In this document: piece by piece, positions 36,938 through 51,245 of the stretch | How positions within the stretch are numbered: the first letter of the stretch is position 1 | Layout of the letters: each line of letters starts with the position of its first letter | From: Negaprion brevirostris | Lineage: Eukaryota | NCBI GenBank assembly: GCA_030324005.1 | Contig: JARDVH010000031.1 | Coordinates: 50,585,954-50,649,953 of the forward strand | DNA length: 64,000 nt | Direction of reading: 5' to 3' | Translations under genes and position numbers: made by a program | The notes under the pieces: model-generated | Seen by the model: only the letters and a program-made list of their open reading frames with translations | What the model was told of the DNA's origin: nothing | Database searches by the model: none

Positions 36938-39594
36938 GTGGCGGGGGAGGAGGGGGTGTTGTTTCCTCTCAAGAGTCCCCTTTTCACATTTGTTGCCTTT
37001 CTCAAGTCTACCCTCATGGATTTACTCTCCCACCAGCCTATCTTTGGCCTGTCCATTCTTAACCCACTCCATACACCTGCATTAGGTCTCACCTCCCCTT
37101 CCTATACTGTGGCCACTACCCCCCACCCCCCAGGCACTACATTTACCTGGTCCTGGACTTTAAGACTTAAAATCTGAGAACTTCTTGTAGCCCCAAACCT
37201 GGCCACTACTGCCATTGGTACTATTAGGACTATAGAGCTACTTGCCAATCAGTTTGGCCAGTTCCCTGAGGCGTTACTTTGACCTGAGTGAGGGTCAGAA
37301 GTCCCATCTCTCACTAAATGACTGTGAGGCTACTGTGTTTTTGGTTGGCAGGTAGGAAACCTCACAATCTGAACACTCCTGCCTTTTGGTTTAGATGCTC
37401 TTTCAAGGGTAATGCTGGGGCAAAAGCAATATTCCAGTAATGGAATTCTATACATTTGTATGTGTTATCACTCACACTCATAGCAGCCGTCATAGCTGAG
37501 AATGCCACGGTAACAATGTTGTCATCAGTTGGATTCCCAGAAGACATTCACCCTGAACCGTAGTGGAAGCAATGAGAATACTCAATACCATTCTTAAATC
37601 AACAGATTGGTGGGGAGATTTCTAGTGACACACTGCAGTAAATGTTAAATGCTTGTGTTGATTGTAACCCTGGAAAGTAGGATAAAAATTTACTGTGTCA
37701 CTTGATGCCAAATCCCTGTTGTTAACCAAAGGGGTTTGATTAGGAATTGGAATTGGAAATANNNNNNNNNNNNNNNNNACATACATAAAGCGGTCAAAAA
37801 TTCTGGTGTGATCATCATAAAGCAAGGGCATGAAAACACTGCATAGCCCAGAGGTCCCACACACATCACAGGTCAATTGGATGTGATCCCATACTGTGGT
37901 GGAAAATTTTACAATTATATGATTGAAATATATCTTCATGGTGCAAGTTTATCATGTTAACTGAGTGGGCTGTACGATTGAGGGAAATTTCTGCTTGCTC
38001 CTTGCATACAGCCTTGCACACAAACATGACAATCTGTGCACATTCATAGCCAACAATTTCTCTGTTATTAGTTAACAGATAGGAAATCATGGGCTGAGAT
38101 TTCCTGATATTTATTTCCAATGGATGGGATTCAAAACTAGCTGTATGCAATTGAAAAATATACACTCAAATTTAATGTCAATCCTGGAGATAATTGAAGA
38201 AGGGGATACAGTATCATAGATGTAGGCAGATGGAGTGGGGGTTATATTAGAGGATGGCTATGGGGGTGGGGGTACATGGTCAATGGCACATGTGACTATC
38301 AGCCATGCTCCTATAGAATAACAGAGCAGACTCAATGGGCTGAATGAATTATTCCTGTTCCTTATGATCTTATTGTGAACTTACATCCAGAAAGAGCAGG
38401 CTTCCTGGATCTGATAGAATTTTCCCATTATTTTCAGATCCACATAGAGTTAGTTATGCTTCTCAGTGAATGTTGAAGCAGAGATAGCAGATAGAAGAGT
38501 TGTTAAATAGCATTCAATCACTTGTTCTCCCATAAGTGCTTCAGTAAGTGCTTTAATTACTATACAGAGTAGAAAGATTGGGCCTGGATTTTCACACAGA
38601 TGGAGTGGTTTTCTGCACAAAACTGCCATCAGTGGCTCAAATCTGGAAGTTCTGCCTTTGAGCACGGCTTCTGCCAATTTCATGTTTGGGGAAGAAGATC
38701 AGTCATGGAAGCCGAGTAGATTCTAAATCACATATCTGTGGTTCCTGGAGGCCAGTGCCCATAAAGATCAGTTTCTTCCATTCATGTGTGTTTTTATTGA
38801 AGTAGGTTTGAAATCTGAAATGTGAAGATTAGAACTTGTATGAGTAGGACAGAAACTTGTGGATTTGTTTAGATGGCCACGGTACCCACTTAAAGAAGAT
38901 CCCGGGATGCCTTTGGGAGAAAGTTAGGTCTAGCCCCTATGGGATTGTTACAAGTCGAGAATATTGTGTGTAAATTGGGAAAACACTCATTCAAACTGTC
39001 AAACTGTCAAAGATTTTCTAATGCTGTCAAAGAACTGTCAAACTATCAAATAACTTAAAGCCTTCGAGAAGCTGGCGAAGAGCTGTCAAAGCTCATTGGA
39101 ACTGCCAAAGCTTCTTGCAACTGAGCAGTTTCATTGACAGCTCCAAGTGGTTGTTGAATAGAAATGTTTGTTTTCGTAAGAAATTAAGCATGTAAATGGA
39201 ATGTTTGTTTTCTAAAAGAGATTAACTGAAAGAAGTCAATGTATTGAATGCTTGTGTTATCAACTAATGTGTTGTTTTTAAAACAGTGATGTCATAAGTA
39301 GCCGTAATTTTATTTCATGTGCTGAATGAGATGACTTGTAGGGTAGAGAAAAGGGGCGATGGGTTTGGTGCCTATTGGCATCAGATGCTAATAAGTCAGT
39401 ATAGGGATTCTAAAGGGCCAATGGATGAGTAAGGGCATAGGTAGGCATTGGAGTATAAGTGGACATGGGACAGTTGGTGGAGTGGCATAGTGTGGAATTG
39501 AGAGCACGAAGAATAATTCAGGGTGGATATAGGGACATGGATTGATTGATGTGGAACGTATGAATAGCCATTCGGGTTATGTGGGGGCATGAGG

Positions 39595-39873
39595 TAAAGT
39601 AAAGTTTATTTGTTAGTCACAAGTAAGGCTTACATTAACACTGCAATGAAGTTACTGTGAAATTCCCCTAGTCACGACACTCCTGTGTCTGTTCAGGTCA
39701 ATGCACCTAACCAGCACATCTTTCAGACTTTGGGAGGGAACTGGAGCGCCTGGAAAAAACTCACGCAGGCATGAGGAGAATGTGCAAACTCCACACAGAC
39801 TGACTCAAGCCGGGAATTGAACATGGGTCCCTGGTGCTGTGAAACAGCAGTGCTAACCACTTTGCCACTGTGC
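39595..39873 (-). mobile_element. V-SINE, second-tail subfamily
   Basis: Same head and tail as 12454-12749. Confidence 0.85.
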
Positions 39874-40820
39874 TGTGGCATAGGATTGAATGAAGGGAGC
39901 ATGAGGAGTGTGAGGGGTGAGGACAGAAGGGTGTTTTTTTTGTTTTAATCATTTTCAATAACTTCAGCACAGTACCAGTGCCTTCCACCCAGCCTGCCTC
40001 TGCACCTGGCAGCCTCTAGACAATCCAGGGGCTGTGGACACAACTTCGAATTCCCTTCGAGCTTCCAGTGGGAAGATCATCCTTCAGAGAAATTGTTTTG
40101 GCCTGTAGATCCTTGTGATGGAGTGTTCACATGTAGGAAAATAATATACTTGATAAAGCCTAACTCTGAAGAGAGGAGGGAGCTGAATTTCTGTGGCGTC
40201 TTTCTCACTCATGAGTTTTGGCAGAGTAATGGAAAACATGGAAAGCAGCATAGACAACATTTCCATCAGCTTTTCCTAATAATTCCTTAGCTCTTCTGTC
40301 CAATTTACAGTTGAGGAGCAGAGGAACCCCCATAAAAATTTGCTTCCAGNNNNNNNNNNGAGGAGAATTCAGCGGCCATTTTTGGGGGTGGATCTGAAAT
40401 GGTAGTTTTAAAGTCTCTATTCTGTTTGTCTTACTAATAACTCCTGTGATAATGAATCCAGCCATACAGGCCTACAGTGGGGTTCGTACAACTTACAGAC
40501 TTGGACTGACAATGTACTTGACACTCTACAAGATTAAAGTCTTGTATTTAGAGTGTAATTGAATGTTTACCACTCCCTAGAATAGGAGTAGCTGCAACCA
40601 TTCTCAAAAAACTCAACAACATTTATTACACAACAACATTCGTAGCTCTTTGCATTACTGCTCCTACCTCCTCTTCATCACTGGCACATTGTGGTTGCAA
40701 CATACACTAACTGAAGAATGGAGCAACTCATAGGCTGGAACTTCATCACCTTATGAATTCTCCATTGGCCTCGAGTAGGATTTTCCAGGTGGTAAAATAC
40801 TAGTCATAAAGTTTACTTTA

Positions 40821-41281
40821 GGGCAGAATGGTGGCATAGTAGTTATCACTGCTGCCTCACTGCGCCAGGGACTTGTGTTCATTTGTGGTGTCGGGTCACT
40901 GTCTGTGTGGAATGTGTATATTCTCCCCTTGTCTGCTTGGCTGTCCTCCAGGTGCTCTGGTTTCCTCCCACAATCCAAAGATGTGTGGGTTAGGTTGATT
41001 GGCCATGCTACATTGGCCCTTACGGCAGGAGTTTCCGGCTATGCTCACCCCAAAGTGGGAAATTCCTGCCCAATATTGATAAACGTTTGTATGGTCCCTC
41101 CCCCCCACAGCCCACAACGATTCCCATGGTGGGCAGGAATAAAAACTTCTGCCCTCAGTATCAGGGAGATTAGTAGGGTAAATACGTGGGATTAAAGGGA
41201 TACGACCTGGGTGGGGTTGTTGTCAATGCAGGTTCAATGGGCCAAATGGCCTTCTTCTGCACTGTAGGGATTCTATGATTC
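40821..41281 (+). mobile_element. HE1-like V-SINE with an internal MITE (~41022-41153), within CR1 3' remnants (40500-41560)
   Basis: SINE core interrupted after CCCTTA and resuming at AGTATCAGGGAGATTAG. Confidence 0.75.
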
Positions 41282-44169
41282 ATTGAGTCACCTCTCTATG
41301 CTGTGAATTCCATCACTGGGAAGGCGATATATTGTAATGACAGAACAACATCAATGCCTTCCAGTTACCCTTCAAGTCAGATATCACCCTGTTCTAGTTA
41401 ACATCACAGTTCCTTTATTAAAATTGGGACAATATTCTGGAATTACTATCCTCATGCTTCTGTCAAGGCACCATTACCAATGTTTCAGACAGAATTTCAG
41501 CGCTACCTACTCAGAGCAAGAAATGGGCAATTAATACAACCTTTCCGAGTCACCCACATCTTCAGAACAAATATATGTTTATCTGAAAAAGATATGATTA
41601 CTTTGCAGATGTGTAATGTAGTCATCAAATATAGGGAGATTAGTGGCAATAGATATCATGTTAAGAGAAACTAGTTTATGTGGATGCTCAAGGGAAACAC
41701 CTACCAGTAAGAAGGACAAGGTGACTTAATTATGGTCCAATTGAAATTGAAAATGTTTCACTTGTGGTTACGTTCAACATAAGCTGAAACCCAGCCTTAG
41801 CAAGTCTGACATAGCTGCAGTTTAATCATGTTAATTATGTGCATTCAATGTACAAGTAGAAGTTCTAAGATTTGAACTATTTGTTGAATGTTATTTAATA
41901 GCTGATAATTTGTGTTATTTATTTGTTTGGAAAATGTGCCTTTTTGCAAGAGCCTGTTATGTTTTAAATTCTAGGAATGCAACAAAAGGGGAAACTTTGT
42001 TAATTAAAAAAACTTAAGTTACGGCAGTCAACACCTGTAACTTTGGCAGAAACTCCATTGCCAACTTCCTCCAGTCTTCTGCTAATAATACCACTGAGAA
42101 ACTCCACAGAAATTCTTGGCATGGGACCTGGAAGAGATATAATAGAATGAAATCTGATACAATTTGGCCAAAAAGGTAATCTGCTATTTAAAAATATCCG
42201 TCACAAGATTGAGGAATAATTTGAAGTGGCTGTGTATTCTCCCTACTCTTGATAAATAAAATGCTGATTGCCAATTAATTGTAAATAAAGGCATTAATTA
42301 TTTTAGCCTTTAAAGCTTCTGATCACTTTGATATTTGACCATACCAAAGTGCCAGTTGGCATAGCGCAAGACTGTACAGATTCCAATATGCACACCACTG
42401 CAAAATACAATATTGGTTCTCCGAAGAAGTCATGCGTTGTGTAGAAAGGCAAACCATCAGAAAAATTGGTTTCTATATGGTATTATCTATTCACAATTTG
42501 CCCTTTGGGGAAAAATTGTGTTTATCTCCATTACAAATAACAGCATAATAGTCAAATAAAGGCAAATGAACAATTGTATACAGTTCTGGATTCCTATCTA
42601 TTTTGTAATCGATGCTTGGCAGGGTCTTTTAATTTTTTCTGCTATACATACAACCTCAGGTCAGCCAGCAGGAGTTCACACATAGCATTTCTGAAGTTGC
42701 ACCACAATCTTTCCTTTTATTTATTTAAATGTTACTTAATGGAGTAAAATTAATGCTATTGCTCCTCATCGCTCATAAACCGTTGAGCTCAATTTTTTTT
42801 ACCCATTTTTAGTCAAAGGACGGATAATAACTTGCACTGGGAAAAGAATTAATGAGATTAACAGAACAAACATCTGTCCATTATCAATTAAGCAATTAAA
42901 CTTTGGCTTAATTCATATCCTGTGGCTGAGAAGCCCAATCTCAGTGGTGGCTAATACTTTGCACAGCTAACCACATCTCTAATGAGATTTTTCATTTCTC
43001 AGATAAATCATTTAATGAAAATGCTCCAGAGAAGCACCAGATTGTTCCCGGTTTGGTAAGGAGTGAGCAGGAAAGAAACTTACATTTTGCCTGGGTCCCT
43101 TCATGCTGTCTACTAGTGACCAAGGCTCATCAGAGCTTCTGGAGAAATAAATAATGTTGCCGATATCCCTCCCCTTCTCCTGCTGAAGAACAATGGCTTC
43201 AGGCATTAAAGTCGACAGTAAACATGTGACCAAATTGTCCCTGTATCACTGAGAGGAAGTATGGCAAGAGTGAGCCAGAGTAGCACAATGACCTTTCCAT
43301 CTTTGAGATCTATGGGGAAGGTTTTTCTCTCTGCTGGCTTTAAGCTGTCAACTGGAAAATGGTTTGGCCATTTTGAACCATGATGCTGGAAGGTAACAAT
43401 GCATAATAATATATAATTTGATAGATAAAATACCCACAGACATTTTGGAGATAAAAAAAAATCATAGAAGTGCAGTGAGTGGCTTGCTGAACAATTTTGA
43501 TCACTTTTTTTTTTCGTTTCCAAACTAGTCCCTGCCAGGTTATAAGATGTCTGACAGTTTGTGATAAGGATCTTGTATTTTTCCCCATATGTTGATTTAC
43601 TAGCACACTATTAGCACAATATCTCCCCTCTAAACGTGTGGACATTAGGAAATGTGTGAATATTTGCAAAGAGTCCTCGGGGTGTGTCAGTTTATTCAGG
43701 AGAATGACTCTTAGAAAAGGTTTGAACACCAGCACATCCCTGAAGCCGAAAATAGATGAAACTTAACTTGTACCTTATCTGACCTGGAAATAACTGAGGC
43801 CCCAAAATGTTCCATTCCCCAGGAAATATCACTCATAAAGTAAATACAAACATCTTAAGTTCAAAATTTTCAGCAAAATAACAACTGAAGACTAATGATT
43901 TGGATTATTTGCTTGTGGACGAATTGATTTAACATACCTTAACACATGGCAGGTTTGATTTTGTTGGTTTATATACAGTAGGTTGGTTTAATTTACTTTA
44001 ATTAGGGGTTGATAGGTGTCAGTGTTTTAACAGCTACTAAATTAGCAGTAGCCTTTGTGCAAATTGGTGTACCATATGCATTAACTTGCGATTTGTTTAG
44101 TAAAAGATAACCCAATCTTTATTAATCAGGGGATGCTTTAGTGTGAAGTTTTGTTTGATCCACCATAAT

Positions 44170-45520
44170 TTTTTAAATTCTTCCATGGGATGAGGGCATC
44201 CCTGGCAATGCCAGCATTTATCGCCCATCCCAAATTGTCCTTGAGAAGATGGTCCTGGCCTGCCTTCTTGAACCTTCGCTGTCCATGTGGTTTAGGTGCA
44301 CCCACAGTGCAGTTAGGGAGGGATTAAAACATTTGGACCCAGTGACATTGAAGAAACATTGATGTAGGCCAGAATTCTCTGGACTTGCACATCCCACCAC
44401 CATTGTCAGTGTTCAGCCAAATCTCTATTCACAGCAGCGGGACTGGAGAATCCCAGTCATGTGTGAGGTTGAAGAATCCCGGCCATAGTTCCAAGTCAGA
44501 ATGGCACGTGGCTTAGAAGGAAACTTGGTGGTGCTCCTATGCATCTGCTGCCCTTGTCCTTTGAGGTGGTAGAAGTCATGGGGTTTAGAAGATGCTGTTG
44601 AAGAAGCTTTAGTGAGTTGCTGCCATATATCTTGTAGATGGAGAACACTGCTGCCACTGTTCATTGGTGATGGAGGGATTGAGTGTTGAAAGTGGTGGAT
44701 GAGGTGCCAAACAAGCGGGATGCTTTGTTCTGGATGGTATCAAGTTGCTTAAGTGTCGTTGGAGCTGCACTAATATATGCAAGTGGCAGATATTCGATCA
44801 CACTCCTGGCTTGTGCCCTGTAGATGGTGGGCAGGCTTTGGGGAACCAGAAGGTGAGTTATTCTCTACAAAATTCATAGCCTGTAACCTGCTCTTGTAGC
44901 CACAGAATTTATATGGCTAGTCCACTTCAGTTTTTGGTCAACAGTAACCCCAGATGTTGATACTGGGGGGATTTAACATTAGTAAACCATTGAATGTCAA
45001 GGGGAAATAATTTGATTCTTTCTTGTTCAGGATTGTCATTGCTTGGCACTTGTACAGTGTGAATGTTACTTGTCACTTATCAGCCCAAGCTTGAACGTTG
45101 GTCCAGGTCTTGCTAGATATGGGCACCAGTTGCTTCAGTATTTGAAAAATTGTGAATGTTGCTGAATGTTGTGCAAGCATCAACAAACATCCTCACGTCT
45201 GACCTTATGGTGGAGGGAAGGCCATTGATGAACCAGCTGAAGATGGTTGGGACTAAGATATTATTCTGAGGAGCTTTTGCAACAAAGTCCCGAGACTGAG
45301 ATGATTGACCTCCAACCACCACAACCAGCCTCTTTTGTGCTGTGTGTGACTCCAGCCAGTGGAGAGCTTTTCCCCTGATTGCCATTCACTCCAATTTTGC
45401 TAGGGTTCCTTGATCCCACACTCAGTCAAGTGCAACCTTGGTGTCAAGGGCAGTCAGTCTCATCTCAGCTCTTGAGTTCAGCTCTTTTGTACACGTTTGG
45501 ACTAAAATTGTAATGAAGCT
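44170..45520 (-). mobile_element. CR1-clade LINE RT/3' fragment with a MITE at 44367-44484
   Basis: IRGKALHWLES...VVVVGGQSS...APQNNILVPTIFSWFINGLP...MFVDACT, a decayed PQGSVLGP / FADD. Confidence 0.85.
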
Positions 45521-45532
45521 GCATTATTTTAG

Positions 45533-46281
45533 GAGGTGGAATTTTCCATTCTCTATACAGAGTGTTAGCTGAGGCAAGAAAACCAGCATGCAACTCGTAA
45601 GCTGCACAACCAACTTTTCTCTCCAGATAATCCGGCACTCTGTTCTGCAAAAATCCAGAGGTGTAACCCATACTGTCAGGCTGGTGGGGCAGGGCCAGAA
45701 AAAGCCAAGATCACTGATAGAAAGAACAGAACCCCCACCCCCACCACCCAACATGCACACAGAAATATCCCCTCCTCTTGGGAATGGGGGACCTCCCCAT
45801 GGACACACAGGTACAAGGGAAATCCCTCTCAAATGGAACTCATCAGGGTGCAGTGCCAGGGACAGTGTCAGAGGACCAACGGGCAGTGCCAGGGTGCAGT
45901 TCTGAGGGCAATGCCATAGTACTGTCTGAGTATGCCCCCCCAGCTTGGGGGCTGTACTTACCTGTGCACTCCCAGCAGGTTCCCTTCGCCTAGTTCAGGT
46001 TTTGAAGAAGCAGTTGTAAAAGTTGCCAAAGTGACGTTCCATCAGCAAGGGGGAATTTCCAAATGGGAGGGAGACGATATGGTGGGAAAGCCTACTAATT
46101 ACATTTAAACTTATTGAAATGAGATTCCCAATCTTCCTGCAGGAATCCCGTTCTGTTACTGGCGAGAGGCAGGGAGAATCGCAAACAAAATCTTGCTGGC
46201 GAGATTCTCGTTTCCTGAGTCCCATGATATTTTGCATCCATGTTACTGTTTGCACTCAATGTGGGTGCAAAATTGTGGCCT
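45533..46281. mobile_element. Non-autonomous Harbinger-like element
   Basis: GGTGGAATTTTCC / GCAAAATTGTGGCC ends; GC-rich interior. Confidence 0.45.
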
Positions 46282-48076
46282 AGATATATTAGGGGTGAAA
46301 TAACTCTTAGATGCTAACATAGAATGAGCCAATGTAAATAGAAAGCTTGTTTTACACCACGTCCAGTTTTGAAGTCAACGGAATCATGGAGCCGATTCCC
46401 TTTTATGCTATCACCAAAAAGCAATTACACCGCCAAAGTATCTGTAAACAAATTACATTTGAGAAAAATTGCTGTGAATAACTTGATGTTGACAGTATTT
46501 TCGTTTAACATTAATACGTTACAATACAAGAGAAAACACTATGCAAGTTGAATAAATTTGATTTCATGATTAATATGACAATTTATCAAGGATGTTAATT
46601 TAAGAAAATGGGTTATTCAACCGTGACTACATTTCTACTTTTGCAATACATAATGTGTTACAAATAGCAGCTTGTTGACAGGAGTTGGTGCACTATAAAG
46701 AATCAGTGGTATCTTATAATTCATAGAATTTAATTTGATGTAATTCTCAAATAGGCTGAGTCTGGTGCTGTGCATGAAATGATGTGTAATGGCTTCATCT
46801 CCATGTAATCAAATATCCTATCTGAAAGACGGTTGCCTAAGGTCACCAGATAGAAATTTAGATTGCAGCACTTAAATAATAGTAAGCAAAGTAAATGAGA
46901 AGTTGTGCATTGTGGTTAAACACATTCACACATTGCTATAACACCAAGCTTTAGAAGTTTGAATTTATACATTTTTTTGCATGTGTTTCAGGTTTATATT
47001 TGCTTAATATGTAAAGATCTGGGGCGCGATCTTACCTGCTGTTCACACCACACTCCCGCTGCAGTGAGGTCAAAGAATTTGGCGGCCAGCCAAATCTCTG
47101 TTCCCTGCGGCCAGAATTTCCTCTCCCGGCGGCATGAATGGTGATAAGATTCTGGCCCTGATTGTACTCAGACACAGTTGAGGGCAGGGCCTGCACACTC
47201 CACCTGCGAGAATGGCAGTGCATGCTCAAATTCCGGAAAGCGCCATTCGTGCCAGTGAGTTTCTGATATATATAGGATGGCATCAAGATATGATATTATA
47301 TCTTGACGCCATCCTATATACGAATTCTTCATCTCTCCTATGATGGCTGTTACTTACTTGAGGAGTACTCTCCTCAAGCTACCTCACCATTATTCTCTGT
47401 CTTAATTGTCACATTTAGACCAGATTTTTCAGTCTCCTCTTTGTGGGTCTCCCTTCTAACTTCCTCCAAAAATTCTTTAATTCTTTCAACTCTTTACCAT
47501 TTCAAAGCTGTCACCACAAACGTTTTATTCACTCATCACCTCTGTCCTTGATGAGTTACTCTGTTCTTGGCAGTGGCCTGGTACCCTGGCACTACCAGTT
47601 GTGAGTCCCAGTACAGGCCCCCCTGCTGATGTTACCTTTTTGAACCGTTTTCAGTCACTTCTCCTGACTTTACAACCATGGTTTGTTACTTTTTCCTCCA
47701 TGAAGTATTTTGAGGCATTTTTCCATAAGGGTTACGAAGTGCCTTTTCTTTATAACAACATCATATGGAACAAAGCATATTGCTGTGCCAAATATTTTTC
47801 AGTTCAAGACTAGCTGAACTTAATAAATTTTATGACCCTGTCTGCCCCGCATTATATTATGATGCTGAAGTAAATGGTTGTTAAAATGGCCTGTCAAATC
47901 CGCTAGTGGGAGACACACCATGCTGGAGCTGACCATGGTAAAAATTCACCTTAGGCAGCAGTGTAACATGAACAGTATCGGTCTGGCTAGCCCCTGTACG
48001 CAGTGCCTGATTCTCAGTTTTGTTACCGTCAAGGGAACTGGACATCTGGCTCTGCATATAACATGTGGCTTATTTA

Positions 48077-48395
48077 ATATAGAATCATAGAACCCCTACA
48101 GTACAGAAGGAGGCCATTCGGCTCATTGAGCCTGCACCGACCACAATCCCACCCAGGCCCTATTCCCGAAACCCCACACATTAACCCTGCTAATCCCGCA
48201 GTCACTAGGGTCAATTTAGTATGGCCAATCCACCTAACCCACACATCTTTTGGACTGTGGGAGGGAACTGAAGCACCCAGAGGAAACCCATGTCGACACA
48301 GGGAGAAAGTGCAAACTCCACACATACAGTGACTGAGGCCAGAATTGAACCTGGGTCCCCGGCGCTGTGAGGCAGCAGTGCTAACCACTGTGCCA
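48077..48395 (-). mobile_element. HE1-like V-SINE
   Basis: (TAGAATCA) tail and full core; head abuts gap. Confidence 0.9.
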
Positions 48396-49453
48396 NNNNN
48401 NNNNNNNNNNNNNNNNNNNNNNNNNNNNNNNNNNNNNNNNNNNNNNNNNNNNNNNNNNNNNNNNNNNNNNNNNNNNNNNNNNNNNNNNNNNNNNNCTGTC
48501 TCCAAGTGTGGAGATTGGGTTGCCATTTAAAAATGGCGGCCCAGTCTCGGAACAGCGAGCTGGCCAGTGGGTTGTCTACTATGCATAAATTAGCATCTAT
48601 CAGGTGGGAGAAACTTTCCCACTGGCATGGGTACTTAGTTTGTGATGCTGATGTCCCACTCCCTTTTGTGTTACTTCTTGGATTTCCCTGAAGACATGTA
48701 TTCTTCAGGCGCAGGCTTCTTTCCTGGGATGGTAACATCACTGGCAAGGCCAGCATTTGTTAATTATCCCTAATTGAAATTAGAATCACCAAGAAGTACA
48801 CAAGTAGAGCAAAGGAAGAGTAAAATGTCTTATGCCTCAGTTTCCTGGGATAGCCACTTGGCGTAGGTTTAAATGTAGGCCTCAGATACCAACAGATAGT
48901 AGGCTCATATGATTTCACTCAGTCCCCATCAGAAGGAATAGTGTTCAGCAAAGTTCTCGAAGGCCAAGAAAGTGGGTATGCACTATTCCACAAGCTGGTG
49001 TCCCACCAGGAAAGTGCAATAGTGTTGTGCCATTGGCAGGATCATAAGATCCCACAGGTGTGAACGGTAGCAGGATTTCAGCGTAGAAAACAAATTTAAT
49101 CCAAAGCTGAGCCTGAAAATTTGGAAAAGTCTTTTGTTGTATTGCAGATTTGCACTGCAGTTTAATCTCTAGAATGAGGCTGCGTGCAATATAGTGCCTC
49201 TGTGGCCATGGGGAGAGGGGTTGGAGGGGTGAATGGGAGAGAGTGCAGGGCCTATCCCCCTGAATTTCCATTCTAGTTCCTACGTTTAAGTTACTGCAAT
49301 GTTCAAAGTACATTTCTGTGCTCATTAAATGTGAGTAAGATTGGGCTGCAGTACTGAATGACTGCAAGCAATTCTGGAATCTTAGCATGACCATCTACCT
49401 TCAGAAGAGGAATATGAAAGGAAATTGGGTAGGTGGAGAAGAAAAGAATGAAA

Positions 49454-49769
49454 GGCAGGTGGCACACTGGTTAGCGCTAATGCCTCACAGCGCCAAGGGT
49501 TCAATTCCGGCCTCGGGTGACTGTCTTTGTGGAGTTTGCACTTCCTCCTCATGTCTACGTGAGTTTCCTTCAGATGCTCCAGTTTCCTCCCACAGTCCAA
49601 AAATGTGCAGGTTAGGTTGATTGGCCATGGTAAATTGCCCCATAATGTGAGGGGGAATAGCAGGGTAAATATGTCAGGTTAAGGGGCTAGGTCTTGGCTG
49701 GGATTGTTGTCAGTGCAGACTCGATGGGCTGAATGGCCTCATTCTGCACAGTGGGGATTTTATGATTCT
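49454..49769 (+). mobile_element. HE1-like V-SINE
   Basis: Head, core and CR1-type tail. Confidence 0.85.
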
Positions 49770-50917
49770 TTGAAATATTTAACTTCACTTTTCACAATTT
49801 TGTCTTTAGGCAGCTTTTACGAGATAATTATCGGTCAGTTACCAAGAAGGACTTTGTGCCCTATGGACACTCGGATGGCAAGGATGATTTTCCTCACAAA
49901 TTACATTCTGTGGGCAGTGGATTCATGAGGAAAAAGCCATTGAACTTCCCGTACCTCAAAGATGTAAGAAAACTCTTAACAGACTTCAAGTTACAAAAGC
50001 TGTCAGGCCTCATTGTGTAATGGGTTAGATAGGAAGGGAACAACATGTTGAAATGTTTGCTCTGAAGTCCATGCTATACTTTCCAATAAAACTCACTGCT
50101 AATTGTGATGTTTGTATGGTAGTATGGAATGTAGGTTTATAATTTCAAAGCCCTCCTGCAATTCAGGTATAACCACTTATATTCTTGTCAACTTGTCATG
50201 CAACCAATGACTTCATTTTCAGACATTGTACGTTGAAGGAGGACCTGCATAGCAACAGGTTTGTGCCAACCTAGAGTCAGTTCACATGTCAGTAAGTGAC
50301 GAAGCGGCATACAGCTAGGTTAAGCTGTGGACTGATGGTGTCAATTGGAAATTAAAGCTTGCATCAATGCACCAGGAGAGTGCTTGTGTATGGTCAGCTC
50401 TCCAACACCTATCTCGGTGTTTGAGGGATTAGGACAGGTCAGCCATTTAAAAAGAAATAAGTTGACAGGCTATACTTTGTGGCATGCATAGTTCTGCTAT
50501 CTACTTTCTGAATGCTACAATTAGATAGTCTTAATGTGGTAGTTTTTGCATGTGTTTCCTGGCCTTTTAACTATGCACACTGTTTGATAATGGCTGCTAA
50601 CTCTTTGCAGGCAAGTTTCTGCTGACCTTTCCTGGGAAAGGTTCCTTCAGGTGGTTCTGAGGGCAACCTTCCTTGCAGCCACCTCATACAAAAGCACATC
50701 CATTTTTACCACTTATCAAATCGGATGTTTGGATGCTACACTGCTTCATCATTTATCCAGAGATTTTCTCTTATCTATCTCCACATTTATTTTGTTTGCC
50801 ATTAACTTTTTTGTCTCATACATTCTTTGAAAAGGCAGGAAGATAACTTGAACATAAATGCACTGTTTGAAAAAGGCTGAACAATCTTTGCCTCCAAATA
50901 TGTGCTAATCATCTGTG

Positions 50918-51245
50918 AAATCATAGAATCCCTGCAGTGCAGAAGGAGGCCATTCGGCCCATCAGGTCTGCACCAACAACAATCTTACCCAGGCCCTATT
51001 CCCAGCGCCCCACATATCTACCCCGCTAATCCCTCTAACCTACACATCCTGGGACACTAAGGGACAATTTAGCATGGCCAATGACCTAACTCCTGCACAC
51101 CTTTGGACTGTGGGAGGAAACTGGAGCACCCAGAGGAGACCCATGCAGACACGTGGAGACTGTGCAAACTCCAGAGTCACCCAAGCCAGGAATCAAACCC
51201 AGGTCCCTGGAGCTGAGACAGCAGTACTAATCACTGCCACCATGC
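50918..51245 (-). mobile_element. HE1-like V-SINE
   Basis: Head, core and CR1-type tail. Confidence 0.9.

Noticed and set aside
36777-37177. ORFs with VCVC/HTHT runs
   Set aside because: Translation of the (GT)n microsatellite
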